Assembly: GCF_018977255.1 (NCBI RefSeq)
Contig: NW_024704742.1
Span: forward strand, 56,608,001 to 56,672,000
Origin: Callorhinchus milii
Lineage: Eukaryota
DNA: 64,000 nt
Direction: 5' to 3'
In this document: positions 50,450 through 62,812 of the stretch, piece after piece
How positions within the stretch are numbered: position 1 is the stretch's first letter
Layout of the letters: each line of letters opens with the position of its first letter
Program-made: the position numbers and the translations under genes
The notes under the pieces: generated by a model
Told to the model about the DNA's origin: nothing
What the model saw: the letters and a program-made list of their open reading frames with translations, nothing else
Databases searched by the model: none

Positions 50450-50990
50450 TCTGTCATTCTGTTCATCTGCAACCAGGGCTCCCTCTGCCTCTTCGTCCTC
50501 TTTGACCTCTCTGCTGCCTTCGATACTGTTGACCACATAGTTCTGTCCTTGAACGGTTCAGATCCTACATCTCACACTGTCTCCACTTCATCTCCACAAA
50601 CAGTTTCTCCTCCAGCCTCCGCACTGTCATGTGTGGCATTCCTCAGGGCACTGACCTTGGTCCCCTACTCTTCAATATCTATATACTTCCTCTTGGTGAT
50701 ATCATCCGCAGACATGGGGTCAACATCCACATGTTTGCATATGACACACAACTCTATCTCTCGGCCTCCACCCTTGACTCCATCGTACAGTCTCTCTGCC
50801 TTGCCCCCCTACCTTGCTTCCTTCAGGACCCATCTCAAGAACCTCCTCTTCGACCGTGCCTTCAATCACCCTCCTTTCCCCACTGGCCTTCATCCTCCCC
50901 GATCCCACCCCCAGCTCGGGTCTGAAACATTGACTGTCCAATAACTTTGGACGTCCTCCCAACGTGAAAGGCGCTATACAAATGTAAATG
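50450..50990 (+). mobile_element. Internally deleted L2 LINE
   Basis: [16 protein letters not shown] and [43 protein letters not shown] joined directly to the ORF end, 3' UTR and stem-loop. Confidence 0.92.
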
Positions 50991-51094
50991 TGACGGCACA
51001 GTTGTTGAAGAAGAAGGTCTTCAGATAGGAATTGAAGGAGGCAAGAGAGGGGATGAGGCAGAGGGATTGCTGGATAGAGTTTCAGAGTGACACA

Positions 51095-52290
51095 GAAATA
51101 GTGCTGTCAAGGTCACAAACAATGTTCCCTCATCAGGACCCCCTCTGCCTAATCCCCGTCTCTCCTCCCTGATCCATCTCAGTGGACCCGCACTAGCCTG
51201 GTTGAGTCCTACCTAACAAACCGCCTTCACTTTGTCTCTTCAAATGGTTTCTCCTCTGCCCCTGCCGTTTCACCTGTAGCATACCCCAGGGCTCCATCCT
51301 TGGCACCTCCTCTTCCTCATCTACATGCTCCCTCTTGGCGATGTCATTGGCAGACACGGGGTAAACTTCCACATGTATGCGGATGATGCACAAATCTACT
51401 TCTCCTCTCCAGCTGCGACTCCAGGTCCGATGATGTTCTGTTGACTTGTCTGGCAGACATCAGGGCCTGGATAAGCGCAAACCTCTAACGACTAAATGTT
51501 GACAAGATGGAAGCTATACTCTTTGACTCCCATCAATGTCTTCCATCCTGCAGCTCTGACTTCCTCAGCTTCCCGGCCTATCCCTAAGATTCACCGAACT
51601 GGTGCACAACCTTGGCATCAGGTTCAATCCACAGCTGTCCTTCCTTCCCCACATCTGGCCCTGACCAGGACGCATTCCTCCACCTCCGGCACATTGTCCG
51701 CGTCTAACCCTACCTTACCCGAGACACGGCCAAAACACTGGTCCATTTGTTCATCATCTCCTGACTCAAATTAACAAACGGCCTCTTTGTTGGTCTCCCC
51801 AACACCACTATGCACAAGATCTAGTTAATCCAAAACTTCATCACTAGTGCTAAACTCTGTAACCCCAGCACACCAGTTCTAGCCAGGCTCCACTGGCTCC
51901 CTATCACCGAACAAATCAATTTCAAGATCCTCACACTCGTTTCCAAACCCCTTCATGCCCTGGCACTTCCCTACCTCGCCTACCTGCTTACCCCCCACCC
52001 ACAACCCGCTCCTCCACTCAAACTGGCTCTGGTTTTCTGCATGACCCTCATGCCCTCTGTTCCACCATCAGTAGCCGAGCTTTCAGCCACTATGCCCTGA
52101 AACTCTGGAACACTCTTCTTCTATCCCTCCATTTTGCCCCTTCCTTCTCCATCTTCAGGACACGCTTAAAGAACTTCCTCTTCAACTGTGCCTATGGTCA
52201 CCTCCCCCTCACCCTGGCTAGGCATCGAGCTCCACTACTGTCAAGTGCTCTGGGACACTATTCTGCATGAATGCAAGATTTTGGTGTTGT
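51095..52290 (+). mobile_element. L2 LINE, degenerate RT through 3' tail
   Basis: ccccagggctccatccttgg (PQGSIL), ttccacatgtatgcggatgatgcacaa (FHMYADDAQ), ctccactggctccct (LHWLP). Confidence 0.92.
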
Positions 52291-54231
52291 ACAAATGGAG
52301 ACATAGCCTTAGTTTGACCCCATATGGCTGGGTGTCCAGAAAGATCTGCCATTTAAAAAAAAAGCTACTTCCCATGTACAGTGGACTGAGACAGCCCCAA
52401 ACACATGCCTAGTTCATAAATTCCTAATGGATGTCAGACAGGCAGCTGCCATCTATGTCTTGAGATACATGAACAAGCACAGCATAGAGAGAAAGGCAGA
52501 GAGTATGCATTCCTGCAGTGTACTTGCATCTGTCTGATCCCTGGTCACAGAGGTGAGAGTCTGATATGCGGCTTTGTGGTGTTAAATCATTTCTCCAATC
52601 CCTAGGATCTACAGGAACAGGATGGTATAGAGGGTGTTAATGTGTCGATCCAAAACTTTGAAGCCGTGTGGGTTATGATACAACAAATCATTGTACACTA
52701 ATTGTTAGTATTAGTGAAAGCACTCCAATCCTATATAGTTCGACTGATACTAAACAAGTAAAAATAAATTCTTACTTAAACCTGAGTACAGCAAACTTTA
52801 AATTCATACTTTCAGCTTCATATTCAGAGAATGGCATTTTTAACTCGTTGCACTGAATATTTAGCACAAGTTGGTAGTAATGAGACTGGTAGTGGGGTCT
52901 TTTTTATTTTGGTCAGCCGGATGTCTGACACATGCGGAACCCCAGAGAACAGCCTGAGTTAAAGGAGAGAAGGGGCTGAGCAGAGGAGGGGGATAGGAGA
53001 GATGCAAGTAATGCACTGCAATGGGAAGAGAGTCTGCTTGGAATTGTTGAAGGATGTGACCAAATGGACGGAGAAACATTCTTCATCCATACTTCTTATG
53101 ACCGTGCAAGCCCACTGATAAATTGGATTGAGGAACGAAAGACATAGTTGACTATTCAAACTGTGACTGTTGTCTATGATTTGCTTATTTGGGACATCCT
53201 CCCGACATGAAAGGAGCTATACAAATGTAATTTTGTATTGTATTATTTGTGTTTCTTTTTTTATTGATGGGAGAAAAGCAGTGGAGATTTCAGTCATCCA
53301 CTATTTGCAGTCGCAAGCACGACAGTTTTGCTGAGATAGTGGTCACATATCCGATGTTAAGGGAATAAGGCACACATACTCCCAATTGGTATGAAAAGAA
53401 AGAAAAGGATGATGAAATGTTTGTTATTCGCAGGAGTATTTTGTGCGAAGGACTGCTAACAGACGAGATTAGAAATGAAAAGTGACACTATCATCTTAAA
53501 AATGTAACAAGCAAACAATACAAAACAAACGTGAGGCTTTAAAACAAAGCATAGTAGATGAGAAAGAGATGAACATGAATGCATTTCACTGGAATGAACA
53601 ACTGAGGAGGTTGTCAAAAACAAGCATTCTAAGACACTACCTTGTGCTCTATGTTAATGCAAGTTGTTGTTGATGTTGTTTCTCTTTAACAGTCAGTGCC
53701 ATTCCTGCCATAGTTTACTCGCTTGTCAGTATGTTTTTTCTAAAAGTTGTTATCTGCTCAGCACAGCTGCAATAACGACTTCCTGGATCAGGAACTGGAG
53801 CATTCCTTCAGATTTACTAACACTGACGTATTCAAAGTTAACTATAGGATATTGCTGCAGGGAGAGGGATTAAGCATTAACCATTTCTACCTTCTGTCAT
53901 GGGAAGCCCATGGTAACACATGGATTGGTACTGACTGCACAGGAACATCAGCTGCCAGGAGTGGCACATGCATGATCACAGTGAATAACAAGCACATGTC
54001 CAAAAAACAGCCAGTATGAATGCCGACATAAAGAGTGAGCAAAACTAAATAAAACACAGATTAAAAAAAGAATTTTCTGAAGTGAGCAACCTCATGTTTC
54101 TAAAAATGGATCAAAGTCTTGAGTGCTCTGAATTCCTCTGAAATAGCTGATGGCATTTTGATCGATTTTGAACTCTTCTGACCCTCATGCCAGTTATTAC
54201 AGTGGTGGTGATGAATTGCAGGAGTTTATTT

Positions 54232-54466
54232 ACATAAGAACATAGGAATTGCGAGACAAAGAAACCCAAGATCCTTGCAATTCGCCTTCCATCATCCCAG
54301 CAGTTGCATGCAGATGTCATGTTCCAAGCTGCCAGGATGATGAATAGCTGTATCCCAAGATATTACTCCCTAAAATAAATCTATCTAATTTGCTTTTGAA
54401 AGAATTGAAGCCTTCTACTTCCATCATCCCCCTCAGCAGCTTGTTCCATACATTTACTACTCTCTG
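54232..54466 (-). mobile_element. CR1 3' fragment
   Basis: acataagaacataggaatt tail; atctatctaatttgcttttgaa...ttgttccacatatttactactctctg. Confidence 0.7.
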
Positions 54467-55164
54467 AAATGGTATAAGCGTGAAAGTCTTAATATATGCT
54501 GTAAATTTGGGTGATTTCTAAGCATTTCTGAATCAGTTGAAGAATCTTCACAGCACTGTGCATGAGGTGATATTCCATTTGTAACATTGCTGGAACATGG
54601 GGTATGATTGAAACCATTCATTAATTACTAAATGCAAATGGTGATAATTTCCCTTCATCCTTGAGTTAATTATCACCTTCCAGGACTGTGCAAATATCAG
54701 CAACAAGCACAGAATACTTCCTAATATTTGCTCATTTTTTCGTTTTAAAAATGTTCTTGTAGAAAAAATACAGACTAATGTAAAAGATTAACTTTTCATA
54801 CTACAGTCGTAATTATTCCAGCTCAGGTTTTGATTACTTCAGTTAACTACCCAGCAGTATCCAATAGTAGACAAGACCTCTGTGTAACATATCAAAAGAC
54901 GTCAAGTCAAACAATGCAAACTCCCCCAATCTGCACTGTGTCAGCTTTGACTTGAGCTCAAATCCCAATGTCGGATGTGAACCTACAATTTTCTGGTCTA
55001 GAGATGGGCGCTAACCACTGAGCTAATCTAATGCAACGACTGAAAAATGTTCCGGGTAGGCAGAAAATATCCAAAGCTGAGTCCCATCATCCTTTACCCA
55101 CCCACTCTGCAGACAAAACATTCACAGTGCTGCAAATAGAAATAATGTAACTCAAAGTACTGTG

Positions 55165-55445
55165 AACATAAGAATAGGATTAACCCACTTTTTACCCATT
55201 GAGTCTGCCCTAATTTATGCCTGCTCTTTATCTTTCTAATCTAATTTCCCTGTCTTTTCTCTAAATCCCTTAAAGCCCTGGTTTTCTCAAATATTTATTT
55301 ATCTGCCTTTTTAACACCACAATGGGTACAAGCAGCTATTGTGTTCAGGGGCAGTTCATTCCACTTTCTCACAGCCTGCTGTTGAAGAACCGTTTTCCAG
55401 ATTCACGTTTAACCAGCTTTGCTCCAATGTTAAGGTTATGCCCCA
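55165..55445 (-). mobile_element. CR1 3' fragment
   Basis: gaacataagaatagga...ggcagttcattccactttctcacagcctgctgttgaagaac...ttaaggttatgcccc. Confidence 0.65.
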
Positions 55446-55544
55446 TGCATTGAAGGACAAACCTGCTCTGGAAGTGGGTGGTGGGGGAAGGACAACTTAA
55501 ATAGCTGAAGATTGGGAAATGTATTATATATAAATACGTAAAAT

Positions 55545-56432
55545 CTACATCACTGTCTGAAATACTAGTTAGACCTGATTTGGAGTAATGAGTGCCATTT
55601 TGGCACTAAATCTTAAGTTGGATATATTGGCTTTAGAGAGTGTGCAGCTGAGATTTACTGGAATAGTTCCTGGTGTCAAGGGCCTAAATTATGGTGAAAG
55701 GATGGAAAAACTTGAACTGCATTCTCTTGAGTTGAGGAGCGATCTTATTGAGTTGTATAAAATTATAAAGGCATTTGACAAGATAAATAGTGAGCAACTG
55801 TTTCCTTTTGTCAGAGAATTTGAGGACTAGAGGCGTTAGTCTTAAACTTGAGGCGAAACCATTTAAAAGTGAAATAAGGAAACATTTTTCACACAACGGA
55901 TAAGGGAATGTGGATTCAACCCCGCAGAGGGCAGTGGAGCAGAATCAATTGAATAAAGGAGTCCTGTAGCTCAGTGGTTAGAGCACTCGCTTTGCAAGTG
56001 AGAGACCTGGGTTCGATTCCCGGCAGGGTGAAACCATGGGCAAGTTTTCTTACTCCATACGCCTGATAATAATCCCTCAAGAAAAAAAACGATAATAAAT
56101 TGTTAATTTCAATCTATGACTATTTGTGGGACACTGCTTGGCGCAATTGGCTGCCGCATTTTGCCCACAAATATACAGTCAATTCACTTTACAGTATATT
56201 CTGTGAAGCACGTTGAGACGTTTAGAAGACGTGAAAAGCACTATATCAAATGCAAGGATTATTATTATTATTATAATTTAAAAGGCAAACGGAGATATGC
56301 TTGATAGCCAAGGGTATCAATGGATATGGAGAGAGGGCAGGAGGTGGAATTGATCTGTGGATTGGCCAATGATCTTAGAAAGTTGTCGGACAGACTCAAT
56401 TGGCAAAATGGCCTCACCTTATGTTTCTACGA
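55545..56432 (+). mobile_element. CR1 3' part split by a full-length SINE
   Basis: LESVQLRFTGIVPGVKGLNYGERMEKLELHSL...DLIELYKIIKAFDKI; CR1 3' UTR resumes at ~56275. Confidence 0.9.
55958..56274 (+). mobile_element. Full-length tRNA(Ala)-like-headed SINE, short subfamily
   Basis: A box TAGCTCAGTGG; anticodon-like arm ctcgc-tttgcaa-gtgag; B box GGTTCGATTCC; (TTA)n tail. Confidence 0.95.
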
Positions 56433-57024
56433 AACACGCCATTTTTCCACTGGTTCCTATTAGTTTTTTTTTAACTCCACATGAGGCTCACCTATTCCTA
56501 TTTCTCCCCTTTACCGCTCTATTCTCTTCTCCTTTCCCTTCTTTATTAGGTTCTCTCAGTCTTGCTAAACTCACGTTAATTAAATTGATTGATACAGAGT
56601 TGATATTTGATATATTTCAGCCTTTGATCTTTGTCTCAATGCTCAGCACTGAAACCTTAATTTGTAACATGTTTCCTATTGGCACATTGCTGCTTTATAA
56701 ACAGGATTTTTCTCTCCCTTTGGAGTATCATTTTCAAGCAATTGCCACCTGAAGATGCAATTAAAATGAGCTGTGTTTTGTTTAAAACAAAAAGAATAAT
56801 GACTGAGGCACGTAAGATGAGTAGCACACCAAATTCAAATCACCCTAAAGAGACAGTAAATAATTCAGATCCAGGAGGCATGCTGCAGAGAACTGTTTCA
56901 GCTGTCACTTCTAGTTCTTTTCAAAAGTTCAGCAAATGACTAAAATCAAACAAGCGAGAGTATCGCAGCTAAGAAATGTAAAGCACAAAAGAGTCTAGAT
57001 TACAGTTTATAATGAAGTCTCAGA

Positions 57025-57260
57025 TAGAATCGTAGAAATTTACAGAGCACGAGTCTACCGCAGCTCTAAGAAGAAGATGGACTTCCAATCCCACTGCCCT
57101 ACCCTATCCTCATACCCCTTCAAGTCTCTATCTTTTAGATACCCATTCTCTTCCCTCTTGAAAGCCACAATGGTCTTTATCTTCTTACGCAGTAGGTCAT
57201 TTTCATCCCAACAACTCTGTGTTGAAAAAAAGTCTTTTTGAATAGTGCCAAATAATCTTT
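57025..57260 (-). mobile_element. CR1 3' fragment
   Basis: atagaatcgtagaaatttacagagc...aatcccactgccctaccctatcctcatacccc. Confidence 0.65.
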
Positions 57261-57902
57261 AACGTTGACCTGAGCAGGCAGGCAGGGTCTCAGTTTAACA
57301 TCTCATCTGGAGCAAGACAACTGTGACTGGTGATGATCATTAGTAAAAGAACCATAGAAATTTATAGCACATAGGCTACATTTTCATTGGAGCTCAAAAA
57401 AAATTAAGTATTGGGAGGGAGCAAGAGTGGGATTAGATGTGAAGAAAACACAAGCTCAAACTTGATGGGCCAAATGGCTTGTTTTTTGCTGTATCATTGG
57501 ATGATTCCATGATTAAAATCAAAGCACTGAATATACTGAGGTCAATTACTTCCCCAAAGGCCAAATAAATCACAATGCTTTCAAAAAGCTGCATATTTGT
57601 GGTGACTACATCTGTGGAAAAAAGACATTTTAATTCTTTGTTTGCATTTTTGTGTATGCCTACAATCATGAAATTAAAATAAATTTACTTCAACAAGTCA
57701 AGCAGAACAGAACTATCATGCTATTGGATATAGGAACTCCAAATTTCTCAGCAGTTTACTCGATAAAGTGTCCATAGCTGACCTATTTTCACGCGATAAA
57801 GACATTTCCCATGCCAGTGTTTTTGTTTTTCTAGCTTGTATATTCATAGCAGTTAATCAACAGTTGATGTTTATTGCTACCAATAGCATTTGATCCTTGC
57901 CA

Positions 57903-58065
57903 AAATAATCCTTGCATTTGATATTGCTCCTTATCATGTTATCGAAACGTCTCAAAGAGTTTCACTCATATGACTGTTTTTGTAGGAAAATGTGGCAGGC
58001 AATTTATTCCCAGAAATGTACCATAAACAGCTATGAAGTGAATGACCAACTTTATCTGGAAAATC
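57903..58065 (-). mobile_element. DeuSINE 3' fragment
   Basis: aataatccttgcatttgatattgc...aaacagctatgaagtgaatgacc. Confidence 0.75.
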
Positions 58066-58369
58066 ATTTCTTCATAGTTATTTTGCTTACAATTCTGCTT
58101 TCCGATGTTGTAAAACAAAAATCCAGAGTAATCTATTAAAGTCAATTTAAAATGAAATGAACAACAACTTGCATTGTATGTAATTTTTCAGGTAAGATGA
58201 ATATCGCAAAGCCTTTGCAGAGATGACAGGGAGAATTGGCCAAAGGCATAGTTGGAGACAGGGTTGTAAAAAGGGTTTTGAAACAGGGAATGAAGGATCA
58301 AGGTGAAGAGATTTTTGGGAGAGTTTCAGAGATAAGGAGAATTGTGATGAACAGAGGGAATGAGGAACA

Positions 58370-58820
58370 AGATCCCCAGAGGATCGAGTTAAAGATCCTC
58401 ATCCTCACCTTTAAGGCCATCCATGGCCTTTCCCCCTTTTACCTCTCTGACCTGCTGACTCCCTACCAACCTGCCCGCTCCCTCCGTTCAGCGGGCTCTG
58501 GCCTGCTCCATGTCTCCCACCTGACCCGCACTACCATCGGTGGCCGGGCTTTCAGCCTCTCTGCCCCCACACTCTGGAACTCCATCCCACAGTCCCTTCA
58601 CCTCGCTTCTTCCCTTTCCTCCTTCAAGGCCGGACTCAAGACCCTTCTCTTCGATTGTGCCTTTGGTCTCCCTCCCACCTCTCTGCCTTCCCTCACCCCT
58701 ACACCACCCCTCCCCCATGCTTGTGACCCGACATCTGACTGTTCAGCGCTTTGGGACGTCCTCCTGATATGAAAGGCGCTCTATAAATATAATTTTGTTG
58801 TTGTTGTTGCTGCTGTTGTT
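58370..58820 (+). mobile_element. L2 LINE 3' end
   Basis: PQRIELKILILTFKAIHGLSPFYLSDLLTPYQPARSLRS...GGRAFSLSAPTLWNSIP; (TTG)n tail. Confidence 0.95.
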
Positions 58821-58976
58821 GAGAACAGAGTGAAAAGAGTGGAGTGCACAGACTGGAGTGTAAGGCTAATGAGGTGTCATAATTAGGAAGAGGCAAGACA
58901 GGGAGGGAATTGAAGATGAGAATAAGAAATTTAAAGGCAGTCCACTGTGGTAAAGGAGCTTGGTGAAGATGGGTGT

Positions 58977-59135
58977 AATAATAATCCTTGCATTTGATAT
59001 AGCACCTTTCATGTTGCCAAGACATATCAAAGGATATACTGTAAAGTGGATTGACTGCAGGGTTTTTTTGTGTGAGCAAAACACGGCAGCCAGTTGCATA
59101 TAGCAATGTCCCACAAACAGCCATAGAGTGAGTGA
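58977..59135 (-). mobile_element. SINE 3' fragment
   Basis: aataataatccttgcatttgatatagc...cagccagttgcatatagcaatgtcccacaaacagcc. Confidence 0.85.
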
Positions 59136-59696
59136 GCAATATATCTCAGATATGTATTTTGACCTAACTCAAAATTTAAGGCAAAGTTTTTTTTAACCCC
59201 TGGCTCCCAATGTCCTTCACAAGATTACCACATCAAATGTACCTATTATATTTTCAATGATTGTACAACTGTTTGCATGCAAACATGCAGGAAATAGTTG
59301 GTTAACTGCTAGAAAACCTATTTATGAAACATCTGCTGTGTACAAAATGTGCAGTCAGTGCTCAGGGCAAAATTGAAGTGCATCAGCTTGTTCAAGACAG
59401 CAAGTAAATATAGTATTCAAACTGCAGCCTCGGCCCAGCTGTTGAATTAATTGGGTTGGTTTGGTTGTATAATACTGTTGCAATTTATTACATTCAGGAT
59501 GCTGAATACATTTAAAAAACAGCTTGATGGGAAACCAGAAGAGTGGTTATATTCTGGAGGGATGAGATCAAATAGGCTGAAGGACCTTCATCATCCAAAC
59601 AAATCTTATGGTCTTGTAAATTACAATATGAGTTGATTCTGGACTTTCATGAACCTGTAGTTCATGAACCTGTGATTCAAATAGTAATTTGAATCA

Positions 59697-60655
59697 CATC
59701 CGCAGACATGGGGTCAACTTCCACATGTATGTGGATGACACCCAACTCTACCCTTGACTCCAGGACCACTGCTGTGCTGACAGAATGTCTGTCAGACATT
59801 AAGTCCTGGATGAGAGCTAACTTTCTTCAATTGAACGTCAGCAAGATCGAGGCTCTCCTGATTGGCTCCTGTCAGTGACTCCTCACCTTAGGCTCTGAGA
59901 ACTTCACCATCTATGGTTACACCCTCCACCTTACTAAGTCAGTCTGGAACCTCAAGGTCTTGTTTGACCCTCAACTATCCTTTCTACCCCACATCTGCGC
60001 ATGACCGTCCCCCACCTCCGCAACGTTACCCAGCTCCGCCACTATCTCACACCATAGGCCACGGAAACCCTCTTACATGCTTTCATTACATCGAGGCTTA
60101 ACTATCCAAACTCATTGCTTGTCGGCCTCTCCAACTCCTCCTTCCATAGGCTGCAGATCATCCAGAATTCTGCAGCCCGTGTCCTCTCCCGCACCAGGCT
60201 CCACAACCCTATCACCCCCATCTTCGCCCGACTCCACTGGCTTCCCATCACACAGAGGATACAGTTCAAGATCCTGGTCCTCACCTTCAAAGCCCTCCAC
60301 GGTCTTGCTCCCCCTACCTCTGCGACCTCCTAACCCACTAGCATCCTGCTCGCTCCCTCTGCTCAGCGAGCTCCAGCCTGCTTTACGTCCCTGGCCTCGC
60401 CTTCTGCCACCGTGCCCCCACCCTCTGAAACTCCATTCCACAGTCCCTCCGTCTCGTTCCCTTCCTCGCCACCTTTTAAGACCCATCTCAAGACCCTCCT
60501 CATCGAGCGTGTTTTCGATCTCCCTGTTTCCCTCCTGCCCTCCACCCTCCCCGACCCCGAGCCTCAGCTCGGGTATGCAACTCTGTCTATCCAGCGCCTT
60601 GGGACATCCTCCCGACGTGAAAGAAGCTATACAAATGTAATTTTGTTGTTGTTGT
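59697..60655 (+). mobile_element. L2 LINE, 5'-truncated
   Basis: [75 protein letters not shown]; stem-loop and (TTG)n. Confidence 0.96.
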
Positions 60656-60727
60656 AATTCTGACCGTTAAAATGCCCTATCATTTGGTAAAGATGTGATT
60701 CTGAAATTGAAATTTGGCTTCTATAAA

Positions 60728-61095
60728 TTGACTTTAAGATCCTCGTTTTTACCTTCAAATGCCTCCACTGCCTTGCCCTAACCTATCTCTGCGATTTCCT
60801 GTGATCTTCCTCCTCCATCCCTTCTCTCCACTCTACTAACTCAACTAACTCAAGCCTGCTTCATGTCCTCCTCCATCTCTGCCGCACTGTCGGTGAGTGA
60901 GTTTTCACACTTTTCCCTTGCTCTCTAAAACAAATATCTCTACTTAGTTCCCTCCCTCTCTGCTCTCAAAACCCATTTGAAAATATATCTTTTTGACTGT
61001 GCCTTCAGCCATCTCCCGCCATGTTTCCCACCCTGCTGGGACTCCAACTTTGCCTCTGTAAAGTACTTTGGGATGTTCTTTTACATTAAAGTTGC
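60728..61095 (+). mobile_element. Old L2 3' fragment
   Basis: ttgactttaagatcctcgtttttaccttcaaatgcctccac...gtaaagtactttgggatgtt. Confidence 0.8.
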
Positions 61096-61453
61096 TACAC
61101 AGGTACATGTTGTTGGGTTTTTTTCTGACAAAACTGAATGAAAAACTTCAATATACTTTGATACTGTATAAGCAATCCACATTGGATTACATTTCCATGA
61201 GCAGCAGGAGACCTCTGCAATTGTATTTGAGACGTTTCAAAGATGTTGTGGGGCGCTATATCAAATCCAATTATTGTTATTGTTATCTTAAACATAGCAA
61301 TTCCAAGAAAAAAAAGGGCCTCACTGGCTTCAAAACCCATCTCAAAATCGATCTCTTTTGACTCTTCTTTCGGGCACAATTCCCTCCCCTCCTCAGCTTT
61401 CTGCCCCCACCCCCTCCCTTTCTGGTTCAGTTATTTGTGTGAAGCGCTTTGAG

Positions 61454-61526
61454 ACAACAACAACAACAACAACAAGATTCCATTTATTGAGCGCCTTTCA
61501 CGTCGGGAGGACATCCCAAGGCGCTG
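61454..61526 (-). mobile_element. Young L2 stem-loop and tail only, inserted at the tail of an older plus-strand L2/SINE-type end
   Basis: (ACA)n agattccatttattgagcgcctttcacgtcgggaggacatcccaaggcgctg. Confidence 0.9.
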
Positions 61527-61642
61527 AAATTCTTCTAGGGGGAGACATTCTTCTGTTCCCTAAAGGTTCCCTAAAAGGTGAACATTGTTATAAACCGTCG
61601 GTTTACTTTTGCACCTTTAATTATATTTGTCACTGATCTTGT

Positions 61643-62018
61643 GGATTCCTGTAGCTTATTGGTTAGAGTACTCATCTCACAAGCGAGAGGACCTGGGTTC
61701 GATTCCCGGGCAGCATGAAACCTTAGCCAAATTTTCTTACTCCACACGCCTGTTTATCTAATGCAAGTCGGAACCTGGTCGTTAATGGATTGGCGAATCG
61801 CTTTTCCGGTGGTAATAATCTCTTCAAAAAATAAAAATAATAATTTGGTCACTCAAGCCACGACTGTTTGTGGGATATGACTGTGAGCAATTTGACTGCC
61901 AAGTTTCACCTGCAAAATATACAGTCAATAAATTTTTACAGTATATTCCGTAAGGTGCATTGAAACACCTCAAAGAGATGATAAGGCACTATTACCAAAT
62001 GCAAGGAATATTATTTTT
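61643..62018 (+). mobile_element. Full-length tRNA-derived SINE, long subfamily
   Basis: ggattcctgtagcttattgg...gggttcgattccc...ggattggcgaatcgcttttccgg...tail. Confidence 0.93.
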
Positions 62019-62694
62019 CTTTTGCACCTTTAATTGATCACTGACTTTATTCAGCTGGATGAAGAAAAAAAATCTGCATTTTAAAGCAGAAATGGTTCAG
62101 AAACCTTAAAGATGGAGCAAGTAAAACGACAAGCCCCACACCACGGTCAAGACATTGTGTTGATCCTTTCAAGCAGGAGGTAGTGTTCACCTTTATTAAA
62201 GATAGTTTATATTTCATCCCTATTGCTCTTACAGGTGCACGTAAAGCATTACATATAATTGGGATGTCTTATCAGATGCTATATGATGTTATTGCAACAA
62301 TACTAGCCAGTTGTGATAGAACACAGGATTGTAGAAGTAGCACATCTATGGGCACTTGGATTTCTGAATAATCAAACATTGAAATAGGGGATATAACCTG
62401 CACTTGGTGAACGTTGGGTAGACCAGGATATGTTCTATCTCACTCTTCTGACCCCCTCCCACCCCGCTGCCCCCATAAAACAACACCACCACCTTGCATT
62501 TATATACTGACCCTCACACCAGGGTAGCGTCCCAGAGAGCTTGACGGTGGGGGAGCACAACGTCAACCCGGAGTATACAACAGTTCTCTTTAAAACAATA
62601 CAGTGTGAATCAGAAGTCCTTACTCATAGAGTTTTTAATTATTAATTATGTTCCTTTTATAAGACCACATTCGTAAAGAGTGTGCAGCTATTAC

Positions 62695-62812
62695 AGTTGT
62701 CCGCAAAATATATAGTCAATTAATTCACTTTGCAGTATATTCTATAAAGTGCTTTGAGATGTATCAAAGACGTGATAAAGCGCTATATCAAATTCAAGGA
62801 TTATTATTATTA
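62695..62812 (+). mobile_element. SINE 3' fragment
   Basis: aaaatatatagtcaatt...gctttgagatgtatcaaagacgtgataaagcgctatatcaaattcaaggattattatt. Confidence 0.85.

Noticed and set aside
53065..53075. 11-nt match to the 5' end of miR-184 (TGGACGGAGAA)
   Set aside because: The 3' half does not match and there is no precursor hairpin
55958..56030. tRNA-Ala(TGC) gene (also at 38660, 41700, 45726, 61643)
   Set aside because: The acceptor stem cannot close, and the sequence continues into a multi-copy SINE body and tail
58236..58772. Long ORFs (also 9607-10149, 13630-14100, 50435-50944, 60077-60640) as host genes
   Set aside because: All are in-frame or off-frame translations of L2 remnants
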